Shown here one piece after another: positions 1 to 10,434 of a stretch of DNA of 64,000 nucleotides; the first letter of the stretch is position 1, and every line of letters begins with the position of its first letter. Under the pieces are notes generated by a model that did not search any database, was not told the DNA's origin, and saw only the letters and a list, made by a program, of their open reading frames with translations. A program made the translations under genes and the position numbers. The DNA is taken from contig NC_058369.1 of the NCBI RefSeq assembly GCF_018350175.1, positions 12,896,001-12,960,000 of the forward strand, given 5' to 3'. This DNA is from Felis catus (taxonomy: Eukaryota).

Positions 1-12
1 AGCAGAGAGAGA

Positions 13-60
<48 letters not shown>

Positions 61-218
61 CCCAAGCAGGCTCTGCACTGTCAGTGAGGAGTTCCACACC
101 GGGCTCAAAGAACTCACAAACCATGAGATCATGATCTGAGCTGAAATCAAGAGTCTGACGCTTAGGAAAAAAAAAAAAAAAGTCTGACACCTAACCAACT
201 GACCCACCCAGGTGCTCC
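1..218 (-). mobile_element. Can-SINE (SINEC), truncated by the window start
   Basis: Reverse complement of the tRNA-derived head, plus a (GA)n tract. Confidence 0.85.
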
Positions 219-235
219 TCACAGCGTGTTTTTCC

Positions 236-455
236 TTTTAATTTTTTAATGTTTATTTATTTTTGAGAGAGAGAGAGTGAAACAGAGCACAAGTGGGTGA
301 GGGGCCGAGAGAGAGAGACAGACAGAATATGAAGCAGGCTCCAAGCTCTGAGCTGTCAGCACAGAGCCCAACGCGGGGCTGGAACCCACAAACTGAGATA
401 TGTATGACCTGAGCCGAAGTTGGACGCTTAACCGACTAAGCCACCCAGGCGCCCC
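236..455 (-). mobile_element. Can-SINE (felid SINEC_Fc-like)
   Basis: T-rich tail, GA tract, ...GCCACCCAGGCGCCCC end. Confidence 0.9.
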
Positions 456-487
456 CCTTCAAAGTGGGTTTTAAATTGTTTGGGGGT

Positions 488-680
488 GGGGTGCCTGGGT
501 GGCTCAGCTGGTTAAGCATCCAACTTGATTTCGGCTCAGGTCATGATCTTACGGTTCATGAGATGGAGCCCCATTCCAGCTCTGCTCTGACACTGCAGAG
601 ACTCCTTGGGATTCTCTTTCTCTCTCTCTCTCTCTCAAAATAAATGAATAAACATCTTAAAAAGTACAAAGAAAAGCAAA
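488..680 (+). mobile_element. Can-SINE
   Basis: GGGGTGCCTGGGTGGCTCAG head, (CT)n, AATAAA/A tail. Confidence 0.9.
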
Positions 681-819
681 TGACAATCTTTTTTAAAAAA
701 AATGGTTATGGGGGTAAGAGGAGGAGTGCGCATGAAGAAGAAAGGGTGGTTTGAAATAGTTTGGGCTCAAAGGTCTGTAGAATAAGGAACAGAATTAAGT
801 AACTGGGAAGGGCCTGGCG

Positions 820-1313
820 CCTGGGCCACGCCCACCTCGGTCCGCAAAAACCCGCCCCTCATTGAGGGCTAGGTCAGCTCCACAAATCACCAATCAGCCC
901 CACCTCGTCTTCTAAATCCCGCCCAAGTCACCTGTGTTCAGTTTATCACATTGCAAGTGGCCTTCTCCCTCCATGTGAGCCGACTCTATTGAAAGCCCCA
1001 CTTCACTAGGCCTTGTTCCAGCCTATCAGGGTAGAAGCGCTGACCAGTGTACCTGATTCGGCCAGAAACATAAAAGCTCTGGCTATTCTTCCTTTAACCA
1101 ATCACATTCCAAGCCCCACCCCCTAGCACAGCCCCAGCCTATCAGCTTTCAAGGCTCACCAGCCTTCCCCGGTTCGGCCATCCGCTCGCCTGACGGCTTG
1201 CTGGACTACATTTCCCAGGAGGCGTCGCGCCCGCGCCGCACTACTTCCGGGCTGCGAAAGATGGCGGCTTCCTAGCCAGCGCTCGACTGAGTTGGAGGGA
1301 GGCTCCGGCTACG
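820..1313 (+). promoter_or_regulatory. BABAM1: BABAM1 CpG promoter and non-coding first exon
   Basis: CCAAT and GC boxes; ZNF143/SBS-type ACTACATTTCCCAG near 1205; ETS ACTTCCGG near 1243; YY1 AAGATGGCGG at 1258-1267; splice donor ACG|GTGAGA at 1313/1314. Confidence 0.8.
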
Positions 1314-1732
1314 GTGAGAAGCGGTTGGGTGCTTGCGGTCCAGTCCCTAGAGGTCCAGCCCCTAGCCTTTCCTGAGGCTTCCGCCTTCAGCTCTGGTTTC
1401 TCCTGCAGTTTTCTGGTTTCTCGTCCATCTGTCTTGCTGAAGCTAAAGCATTGTTTTCCTTAGAGATTGTGGGGGTTGCAAGGCGCATAGAGACCACAGG
1501 GACATCAGCCCACACCCATGCCCAGACAGGGTGTCCATCTGTTGGTGTCCATCCTCAGGGTGTCCACCAACTGTTGGTGTCCATCCTCAGGGACCTTTAA
1601 CACCTAGATTCTTGCCCTTCCTTTGTGCAGACACCCTCTAGACAGCCCACTGTCCCCTGGAGACGAACCCAGAGGTAATTATTATTACTATTTAATTATT
1701 TTTCTTTGTCCTTTTTTTTTTTTTTTTTTAAG

Positions 1733-1933
1733 GGGGCACCTGGGTGGCTCAGTCGGTTAAGCCTCCCACTCTTGATTTCGGTTTAGGTCATGATCTCTTG
1801 GTTCATGAGATCAGGCCCTACGACCGGCTCCGTGCTGAATGTGGCGTCCACTTGTGATTCTCTGTCTCCCCGTCTCTTTCCCTCTCTCTCTCTCTGCTCC
1901 TCCCCCTCCTCTCTCTCAAAATAGATAAATAAA
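1733..1933 (+). mobile_element. Can-SINE, followed by an opposite-strand SINE fragment at about 1945-2045
   Basis: GGGGCACCTGGGTGGCTCAGTCGGTTAAG head, CT tract, A tail. Confidence 0.85.
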
Positions 1934-2063
1934 CCTTTTTTTAAAAAAGATTTTAGTTTTAAGTAATCGCTCCACCCAGCGTGGGTCCCCAGCCCACAAC
2001 CCCAAGGTCAAGAGTGCACGCTCTACCCACTGAGCCAGCCAGGCCCACCCCAGCTAATTATTC

Positions 2064-2505
2064 TCTTCACCTTAAAATGAAAACTGTCAGCTATTTTACC
2101 AGCAAAAAGAGGTTTGGGAGTAGCAGAGGATTGCAATGCAGAATACAGGAGCTATAGCAAAACCTTAGGCAAGCCCAGAACAAAGGAGAGGAGTGCTCTT
2201 TTATAGAGGAAAGGGGAATTGGGGGGGCTGTTAAAACCCCCAAATCCATCAGAGTACACTGGGAATTTGCAGTTTAGTGGCTTTTCACTGGCTGAGTTAT
2301 GACAGTCTGTCATTGGCTGGGCTGTTGGCCAGGCACTGAGAAAATCTTTCATTTTCTTGCAGGGTTAGTAAAATACAGTCTTCCTGTTGGGAATGCGAGG
2401 TCTCTCTCTTGCGGTTGGGGTCTACGTTTGGAGTAGCGCGTGAGAGCGCCCCCTTTTGGCTTCTGCACTCCATTTTAAATGAAGTTTCCTGTATTCAGTT
2501 TCCCA
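2064..2505 (-). mobile_element. Solo LTR, ERV1/MER34-like
   Basis: About 440 bp; the minus strand shows AAAATGGAG near its start, a CCAAT box, a CTATAAAA TATA box and a ...TTTTAAGGTGAAGA end. The family assignment is from recall. Confidence 0.55.
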
Positions 2506-2911
2506 TAGGCATAGCTGGACCCAGGTGGGCAGAGATACAGCTGCCATTCTCTGGGTGAGCAGCACTTCAGGAGGGCTGCTTGGAGGCAAAAGAGACTCCT
2601 GGCAGCTCTTGACTTCTGCCCTCCTAGCTCTGCAACTCTAACGAATCCCTCTTCCCTAATGGCACTATTGGAAGTCCCAGAGAGGCCCCTCACTGACCTG
2701 TGTTGGGTCATGTCGCATCTCTGAGCCATTCGTGGTGGCCAGCATTGTTCATTGGCCAAGGAGAGGGGCGGGGTTATCTCTACAGAAAAAATGGGAGATC
2801 GTTACCTGAAGTCAGAGTTTGCGTCCTGCCCGGTAACCAAATGTTTTTAGAACCCCTAAGGGGAGGAACCTGGCTTCCCCCAACCCTACTCCATCCAGCC
2901 ACTCAGGGGCC

Positions 2912-5900
2912 ATGGAGGTGGCAGAGCCCAGCAGCCCCACTGAGGAAGAGGAGGAAGAGGAGGAGGAAGAGGAAGAGGAAGAGTCTGCGGAGCCCAGGCC
3001 CCGTACACGCTCCAATCCTGAGGGGGCTGAGGACCGGGCACTGGGGGCCCAGGCCAGCGTGGGCAGCCGCAGCGAGGGTGAGGGTGAGGCGGCCAGTGCT
3101 GACGATGGGACTCCCAATCCTCCCGGAGCTGGCCCCAAGCCCTGGCAGGTGCCCCCGACAGCCCCCGAAGTCCAGGTGCGGACGCCAAGGGTCAACTGTC
3201 CAGAGAAGGTGGTAAGTGTGGGACTTGGCCTGTGGCTACGAGGTGTTAGGGAACCATAGGTTTAACGTTCTTGCCTTTTGGGAGTCACTCTGCAAACAGT
3301 CACTTCGTAGGCATTTTCTAGAGCTGCCACAACAAATTACCACAGGCTGGATGACTTAGCACAACAGAAATCTATCCTCTCACTATTCTGGAGGCCAGAA
3401 GTCTGATATCAAGGTATGGGTAGGGCCATACTCCCTCTGGAGGCTGTAGGGAAAGATCCTTCCTTGCCTCTTCCGGTCCTTGGGGGCTCCACACATTCCT
3501 TGGCTTGTGGCCACATCCCTCCAATCTCTGTCTTTCACACAGCCTTCCTGTCTGTTGGAGTCTTCTTTCTCTTATAAGGACACTTATTGAATCAGGATCT
3601 TTATCTTATCTCAAGACCTTTGTCTTCGTTCCATCAGCAAATACCCTAATTTCAACACAAGTCACATTCTTATAGGGCGTGTCTTTGTGGGGGATGGGAC
3701 TCAATTCAACCCGCTATCCCAGACATTCGCTGGCTCACTGATGCCCTCATAAACCCGGACTCCTAGGCTAGTTTCCCCTGAACTGCTATCTTCCAAAGTA
3801 GATTGCTTGGCTGAGAACTGGGGCGGGTCCATCATACCACCTTTTCAGAGAGAGCTGCTTAGAGAGGGCCCGTGCCGTGCGGGCCGGGGGTTAATGTCCG
3901 GGCACAGTGCCGTCACCTCCCTCCAACCTTCTTGCAGATCATCTGCCTGGACCTGTCAGAAGAAATGTCGCTGTCAAAGCTGGAGTCCTTCAATGGGTGA
4001 GAGGAGCATTTGGGGGCTTGAATACGCAGCCACGGCTTGGGGCTGAGCCCAGAAAACTCAGGGCTTCCTCTCTGAGACCCAGACAGCTTGGCCTGGCTTG
4101 GGGCTCGGCGCCATCAGAGTAGCAATGACACCTGATAACAATAGAGCACAGCCCGTCAGGGCTCTGTTTCAAGCACGTGAGAGCTGTCATGTGCCACCCA
4201 CGTCACAGCAATGACTCAGAAGCTCTGAGAAGTAAAGTGACTTGCTCAAGACTTCACAGCGAAAAGGCAGAGCCAGGATTCAGACCCAGGCCTAGCCCGA
4301 AGCCCGCGGCTTGAGCAACTGAGTCTCTGTGGGGCTGGGTGGCAGGGCCTGGATGGGGTCTGAGGAGTCCTGGGGGATATCGAGGACAAGCCTGCCTTCC
4401 CCTCACTGCTTTCCCTAAACATCTGTGGCCGAGTGAAAGTCTGGGGGAGACCTCATGCGGATCCGTTGTGAGACCCAGGCTGGCCAGAGGAAGCCATTTG
4501 GAGAGGGCAGAAGCTGGAGAGGGGTGCCTGGGCTCTGCCTCCTCCCCGCGGCAATACCTGGGCCTCCAGTGCCTAATCCTGGAGTTAGCGGAGGGTTCCC
4601 TAGGATTGGCAGGTGAGGCGACACCCTCCAGGCCAGGAGGCCTTGCCTTAACTCTCTCTGCCTCCCCAGCTCCAAAACCAACGCCCTCAACGTCTCCCAG
4701 AAGATGATTGAGATGTTTGTGCGGACAAAACACAAGATCGACAAGAGTCACGAATTCGCACTGGTGGTGGTGAATGATGACATCGCCTGGGTGAGGCTGG
4801 GGCAGGGATCGGGGCGCCTAGGGGCTCCCCGGGGGTGGGGAAGTACCTCGCTGAGGCTTGTGCTTCCCCGCAGCTGTCCGGCCTGACCTCTGATCCCCGC
4901 GAACTCTGCAGTTGCCTCTATGACCTAGAGACGGCTTCCTGCTCCACCTTTGGTATCCTTCCAGGCAGGGTGCCCTGTGGCGGGGGCTGGGCTGTTCCGT
5001 TGTCTTGGAACCCCCAGAAGTCCGGCTCGGGTCCAGACCCCAGTTGTGTCACTACAAACTTGGGCAAGTAACCTTGAACCTCAGTGTTTTCATCCCTCTG
5101 TAAAACGGGAGGCACAAAACCTTCTTCCCCCTAGGGTTGCCGTTAAGGTAACGTGTGTGTATTTTTGAGAGAGAGAGCATGCGCGAGCAGGGGACTAGCA
5201 GAGGGAGAGAGGGAGACCCAGGATCCGAAGCAGCCTCCAGGCTCCGAGCTGTCAGCACAGAGCCCGACGCGGGGCTCGAACTCATGAACCGCGCAATCAA
5301 GATCTGAGCCGAAGTCGGACGCTCAACCGACGGAGCCACCCAGGCTCCCCTGCTGTTAAAGTCATAATACAGAAAAGAAGAAAAAGGAAAAAGAAAGCTG
5401 ATTTAGACTCTAGATGTCAAAACCACCCTCGTGGTGTGGAGCATTCTGTGCAGGACCAAGTATACAGTTGGTGCTCAATAAATGGCAATACGTGACTGAA
5501 AAGTCACAATCACTGTTATAACTCCCCCAACCTGGGCACATTTTATGTTAATTTGAACACAAAAGGCTCACATGCAGCCCAAAACTTAGATAGAAAATAA
5601 GTTAGAAAACAATGCTGTGGGGCACCTGGGTGGCTCAGTCGGTTAAGCGTCCGACTTCGGCTCAGGCCATGATCTCGCGGTTCGTGAGTTCGAGCCACGC
5701 GTCGGGCTCTGTGCTGACGGCTCAGAGACTGGAGCCTGCTTCAGATTCTGTGTCTTCCTCTCTCTCTGCCCTTCCCCTGCTCACGCTCTCTCTCTCTCTT
5801 TCAATAATAAATAAATAAATGTTTAAAAAAAAAAAGAAAACAATGCTGAGTGTTAGGAGGTAGGGAATGGGGACACCCCACCCATGGCTCTCATTGTGAG

Positions 5901-8770
5901 GACAGCTGCCCTGGCTGGGAGGGAAAGAGGAACTTTGAGTCACCCAGGGTTTTCAGGGCATCCAGTGCTGGCTTTCTGTTTTGTGATCTATGCTGAGGGA
6001 AAACAGGCTCAGACAGGGCAAGTGACTGGGCCAGGGTCACACAGCATGTCTCCTGCACAGTGGTACCCAGCAGGTGTGAAGGTGCTTAGGCTCTCCTGTC
6101 ACCAGGATGATGCTCTGCCCATGCTCTGCCGCCAGCCTTCTCCTTAGCATCCCTGCCAGATCTGGAAGGTCTCTTCAGCCTCATGTAAGTACTGCCTTCC
6201 CCTCATCTCGCCTTCCATTTTAGTCTGCGACCGCCCTGAGGTCCCCCATACCGTTGTTTTAATCCAGGGGGCAGCAAAGTGTCCGTAAAGGGCCAGACAG
6301 GAAACATTTCCGGCTTTGCAGGCCATGTGGTCTCTGTCACAGTGACTCTGATTCTGTTGGAGTAATCTGAAACCGGTCACAAACCATACCTATCCCAAGT
6401 AGCTGTGGCTGTGTACCAAAAAAACTTTACTGATGAACACTGGACTTTGAACTTCATGTCATTTCCACGCGTCGCAAAATGTTCTACTTTTGAATTTTTT
6501 CCCCCAGCCCTTTAAAAACGTGAAAGCCAAGTTTAGCTTATGGGCCCTAGTAGTCCAACCCCTGTTTTCCCCAGCCCCCTAAAATGGGTACGGACCTTGT
6601 CTTGCCTCTTCCGTCGTGATTAACCTGGTACAACTGTCTCAGCAAACTTTGCCAGTGAAGCCGTCCTGTAAATACTCAGTGGAAGTCATGCTGGATCAAA
6701 GGGGTGTGTATTTTTAACCTGCTAGGCTCTGCCAGAGAACCTTCCCGGGAAACCAGCCCTGTGGACCTCCCCCGGCACCGGGGTTGTTCGTGCTGCTGAA
6801 GGTTCTGTCTGATGGTGGCAAGAGGCCACCTGTTGCTTTCGCTGTACTTTTCCCTGAGCCTTTTTTTTCATTCATTTGTAAGCCAGTCAGTGTTCCTACA
6901 GTGATTTGTCTGTTGGTCCCCTTTGCCTATCTTCCTAGGGAGGTGTCAGCTTTTTTCTTATTAATGATCAGATTTGCTTTTCACATATTAAAGACATCAG
7001 CCCTCTGTCTGCCTAATGCCCTCTGCCTAACGTGAGATCCAGCTGTGGCCGATGGGGGACCTTGGTGCTAACCTAGCAGATAAGATTGGGTCCCTGCCTT
7101 AGAGTCTTCTGGCTTGGTGGGACAGGTGCACCTGAGGTCAGCAATGTGGGGGGGGGGGGGGGATGTTCAGGATCGTGAGGGCGGTCAGAGCAGGCTCCAG
7201 CTTTGGGGTCAGCGAAGTCTCCCTGATAGAGCAGGAGAGGTCAGGCAGAAGGGTGAGGCTGGGGAGGCAGAAGGAACAACATGTGGGAAGGCTCAGAGGC
7301 AGCAGTGAACTTGGGAAGGGTCATGTGGGGCTTTGCATGCCCATTGAAGGCCTGGGCTCTCTGAGGGTGACGAGAAGGGCGGATCCCCGGTGCTCTGACC
7401 TGTCCCCCACCCTCCATTATGCAGCCAGCAGAAGACTGAGCTGCCAGTCACGGAGAATGTGCAGACAATTCCGCCCCCATACGTGGTCCGCACCATCCTG
7501 GTCTATAGCCGTCCGCCCTGCCAGCCCCAGTTCTCCCTGACGGAGCCCATGAAGGTGAGTGAGGCCCGGGAGAGGGAGGGATATATGCAGCCAGCAGAGT
7601 GGTGGCTAGACACGAGGAGGGACTTCCTGATCACGAGAGCTGGGTGCCTATAGGCAGGTTCCCAGAGTCCAGGACAGAAGCTGGGGAACTGTCATAGGGG
7701 CATGGGGTGACTCGAGCCCTGAAGGCTGCTGTTCCGCTGCAGAAAATGTTCCAGTGCCCATATTTCTTCTTCGATGTTGTTTACATCCACAATGGCGCCG
7801 ACGAGAAAGAGGAGGAAGTGAGCTGGAAGGTGAGAGGCCGTTGTGCGTGTGGGTGGCAGGTCGGTGTAGATGGGGTGTCTCAGAAGCCCCCTGCCCTGGG
7901 CCTAGGGAATCCCACCTCCATTTTGCAGCCCTGGAGCCCCGGCCCTGCTGCGTGTGGTCATTTAGTCATTCCACAACCATTTCTGCCTGGCTGCCGTGAG
8001 CCAGCGGGGGCCGTTGCGACGGTGGCCCCTTGAGCACGTAGGGCCCTGCCCACCTCATCCTTAGTCTCTCCGGCTTCTCTTTCTGCCTTTGCTCTCACAG
8101 GGCCCTGTGCTTGGAGCACCCTTCCCTCCGTGCCTTCCCAGGCCCTGCTGGTCCTTTATATCCCAGCCCTGACCTAGCTGTAGGACCTTGACTAGGCTAT
8201 TTCCCTCTGAGCCTCAGTTTACCCACCTGTGAACAGGCGGAGTTGAGACTGGCTCCTACTGCTGCCTCGGCACCCAGACCGAAAGTCTCTGTTCGTCAGG
8301 GATGATTAGCGTGGGGGCTGGCGGTAGTCTGCATCCAACTGTGCTTCTCCAGACTAGGGGCTCCAGGCCTGAGACCTCCTGGAGTCCCTAACACTGGGTG
8401 GGTGGCAGGGAACATCTGCTGACTGCGGGAATGCTTTCTTTCTGGCAAACGCCTCTTCATCCTTCGGAACCTATCTCTGATGCCCCCTCCTCAGGGAAGC
8501 CCTCCAGGGGCAGAGAGGGTCCGTCAGGGGAACCTCTGCCTGAACAGCCCCTCTCTGGCCCCACAGGACATGTTTGCCTTCATGGGCAGCCTGGATACCA
8601 AGGGGACCAGCTACAAGTATGAGGTGGCGCTGGCTGGGCCAGCCCTTGAGCTGCACAACTGTATGGCTAAGCTGCTGGCTCACCCACTGCAGCGGCCCTG
8701 CCAGAGTCACGCCTCCTACAGCCTGCTGGAGGAGGACGATGAAGCCACTGAGGTTGAAGCCACTGTCTGA
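2912..8770 (+). CDS. BABAM1: BRISC and BRCA1-A complex member 1 (MERIT40/NBA1), 334 aa. Coding exons 2912-3211, 3938-3996, 4670-4790, 4874-4952, 6160-6184, 7425-7554, 7743-7829, 8567-8770; non-coding exon 1 ends at 1313
   Basis: Spliced translation MEVAEPSSPTE(14)SAEPRPRTRSNPEGAEDR...NCPEKV|IICLDLSEEM...KMIEMFVRTKHKIDKSHEFALVVV...LSGLTSDPRELCSCLYDLETASCSTF|DLEGLFSLI|QQKTELPV...EVEATV*. All junctions are GT..AG with consistent phases (1005 nt). VWA-like domain and tankyrase-binding motifs RSNPEG and RSEGEG are present. Confidence 0.97.
3305..3716 (-). mobile_element. MLT1 (MaLR) solo LTR
   Basis: Typical MLT1 sequence: gctgccacaacaaattaccacag...tctggaggccagaagtctga...tctcttataaggac...caattcaaccc. 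Confidence 0.8.
5025..5150. mobile_element. MIR fragment
   Basis: Core-like cttgggcaagtaaccttgaacctcagtgttttcatc...tgtaaaacggg. Confidence 0.6.
5152..5350 (-). mobile_element. Can-SINE (SINEC_Fc-like)
   Basis: Reverse-complement SINE body ending GCCACCCAGGCTCCCC. Confidence 0.9.
5619..5840 (+). mobile_element. Can-SINE with target-site duplication AGAAAACAATGCTG
   Basis: Full head, CT tract and A tail; TSD visible on both sides. Confidence 0.92.
6265..6564. mobile_element. MER58B-like hAT-Charlie MITE
   Basis: CAGGGG...CCCCTG inverted termini; gtaaagggccaga...ggctttgcaggccat...gtctctgtcaca motif. Confidence 0.75.
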
Positions 8771-9030
8771 ACCATCCCCGTGCCTCTCAGCCTTCCTGTG
8801 CAGCGAAACCCTTGGCTTGGAGAATGGTTCTCAAACCAGGCTCTGTGGCACCCTGATGGGGAGGGTTCCGGGAGGCTCCCGGGGCACCTGGGGGCCTTGG
8901 CAAGAAACTCAAGATTCCAGGCAGCATCCCAGGGACCCTGGGCACCCATTCCCGGTGTTTTCCAGACCACATGCCGTCGCCAGTTTGTGACCTGTAATTT
9001 TTGTTCTTCTTTGTGTGTTTTGATCATCAA

Positions 9031-9036
9031 AGTAAA
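9031..9036 (+). terminator. Putative BABAM1 poly(A) signal (AGTAAA variant)
   Basis: AGTAAA about 260 nt after the stop codon, preceded by a T/GT-rich stretch. Confidence 0.5.
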
Positions 9037-9559
9037 AATCTGAGAATCCCTAGCCCAGCTCCACAACAGTCACCTTGTGTTCTGGGATCTTTTTAGTTGC
9101 AAGTGACAGAAAACCTACCCACTGAACAGAAGGGAGTGGCCAGGTTCTCGTAGACGAAAAGCGAAGTGCAGCTTCAGGCCAGGCTGCATTCACTTGTTGA
9201 GACGATAATGCCCCTGGGGTGGGCCGAACTGTCTTGCGTGACTGGAGTTCAGCGTGCCCTGCTCTTCTCCCAAACCACGGAAAGGGATGTGACGGCTGTG
9301 ACTGTTCCCAAACTACAGCCCAGGTGAAGCAAGGGCTCCCAACACCTCCATGTGACTGGTCTTGCCTGGGTTAGGTAACCTTACAGTTGGGCCAGTCGTG
9401 GGCCAGAGTTGTGAGATGCTCCGGTTGGCCATGCCTCTGTTCTGCCACGGGATTACTGCTCTTTCAAGAAATAATGCGGGTTTTTTTCCAGAGAAAGGGA
9501 GGCCAGAGACACACAACAGGTCTACGATTCAATTATCTTCCTGGATATTGAGCGACTGT

Positions 9560-9737
9560 GAATGAGAGACGGAGCATGAGTGGGGGAGGGGCAGAAAGAG
9601 AGGGAGACACAACCCAAAGCAGGGCTCCAGGCTCTGAGCAGTCAGTGCAGAGCCCAAGGGGCTCGAACTCATTGACCAGGAGATCATGACCGGAGCTGAA
9701 GTCCCACGATTAACGGAGTGAGCCACCCAGGTGCCCC
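9560..9737 (-). mobile_element. Can-SINE
   Basis: Reverse-complement SINE body ending GCCACCCAGGTGCCCC. Confidence 0.85.
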
Positions 9738-10199
9738 TAGCAGCTAGATTCTTATATTAAAAAAAAGAAAAAAAACAAAAAACCCAGCTTTTCCTCCGTA
9801 TGAGCATTTATTGGGCACCTGTGTACCAGATCCCTGTGGTGAAACCCGTTCAATTTCACACCAGCCTGGAAGGGATTATTCTCCCATTTTGCAGAGGGGA
9901 AAATGAAGGCCCTCAGCGGCCGGCACTCCAAAGTAACGGACTCCTGTTTCCCCAGGAGTGAAAACGGGCGACACGGAGATGGAGGTGGGAGCTGTTAATT
10001 GGAACCTTACGTGGTATCTGGGTCGTGTCCGTCGGTGGAGCCCGCCTGGGCAAAACGTTCCAGGAGGCACAGTGGCATGTGGGCACCTCTGGGCCCGGGA
10101 CGCAGCTCCACCTCCTCCGTCAGGGTGCGTTCGCATTTCCCCGCTTTTGAGAGGAGATAATGACACCCTCGGTGGCCTCCACCCGCCCGGGTCCTTATC

Positions 10200-10434
10200 G
10201 GCGGCCCCAGACCCTGCTTGAGCGCCACTCGGTGTCGCGGGCCCCCGCAGGCACTAGAAGTCCCGAACCCTGATGTGGACGCGGGTGCGCCGTAGCTCCG
10301 CTCCGCTGGGGACACTACGCTCCGGAGGCATCCGGAGACCGGAGGCGAGGGGTGGAGCGGCGCGTGCGCACAAGGGAGCCGCGGGAAGTTCGAAATTGAC
10401 GGGCAGGGCGGCAGGGCCCGGGGGCATCCCGGGC
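10200..10434 (+). promoter_or_regulatory. ANKLE1 CpG-island promoter with CDE/CHR element
   Basis: CpG-rich; CGCGG-gaag-TTCGAA at 10380-10394. Confidence 0.6.
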
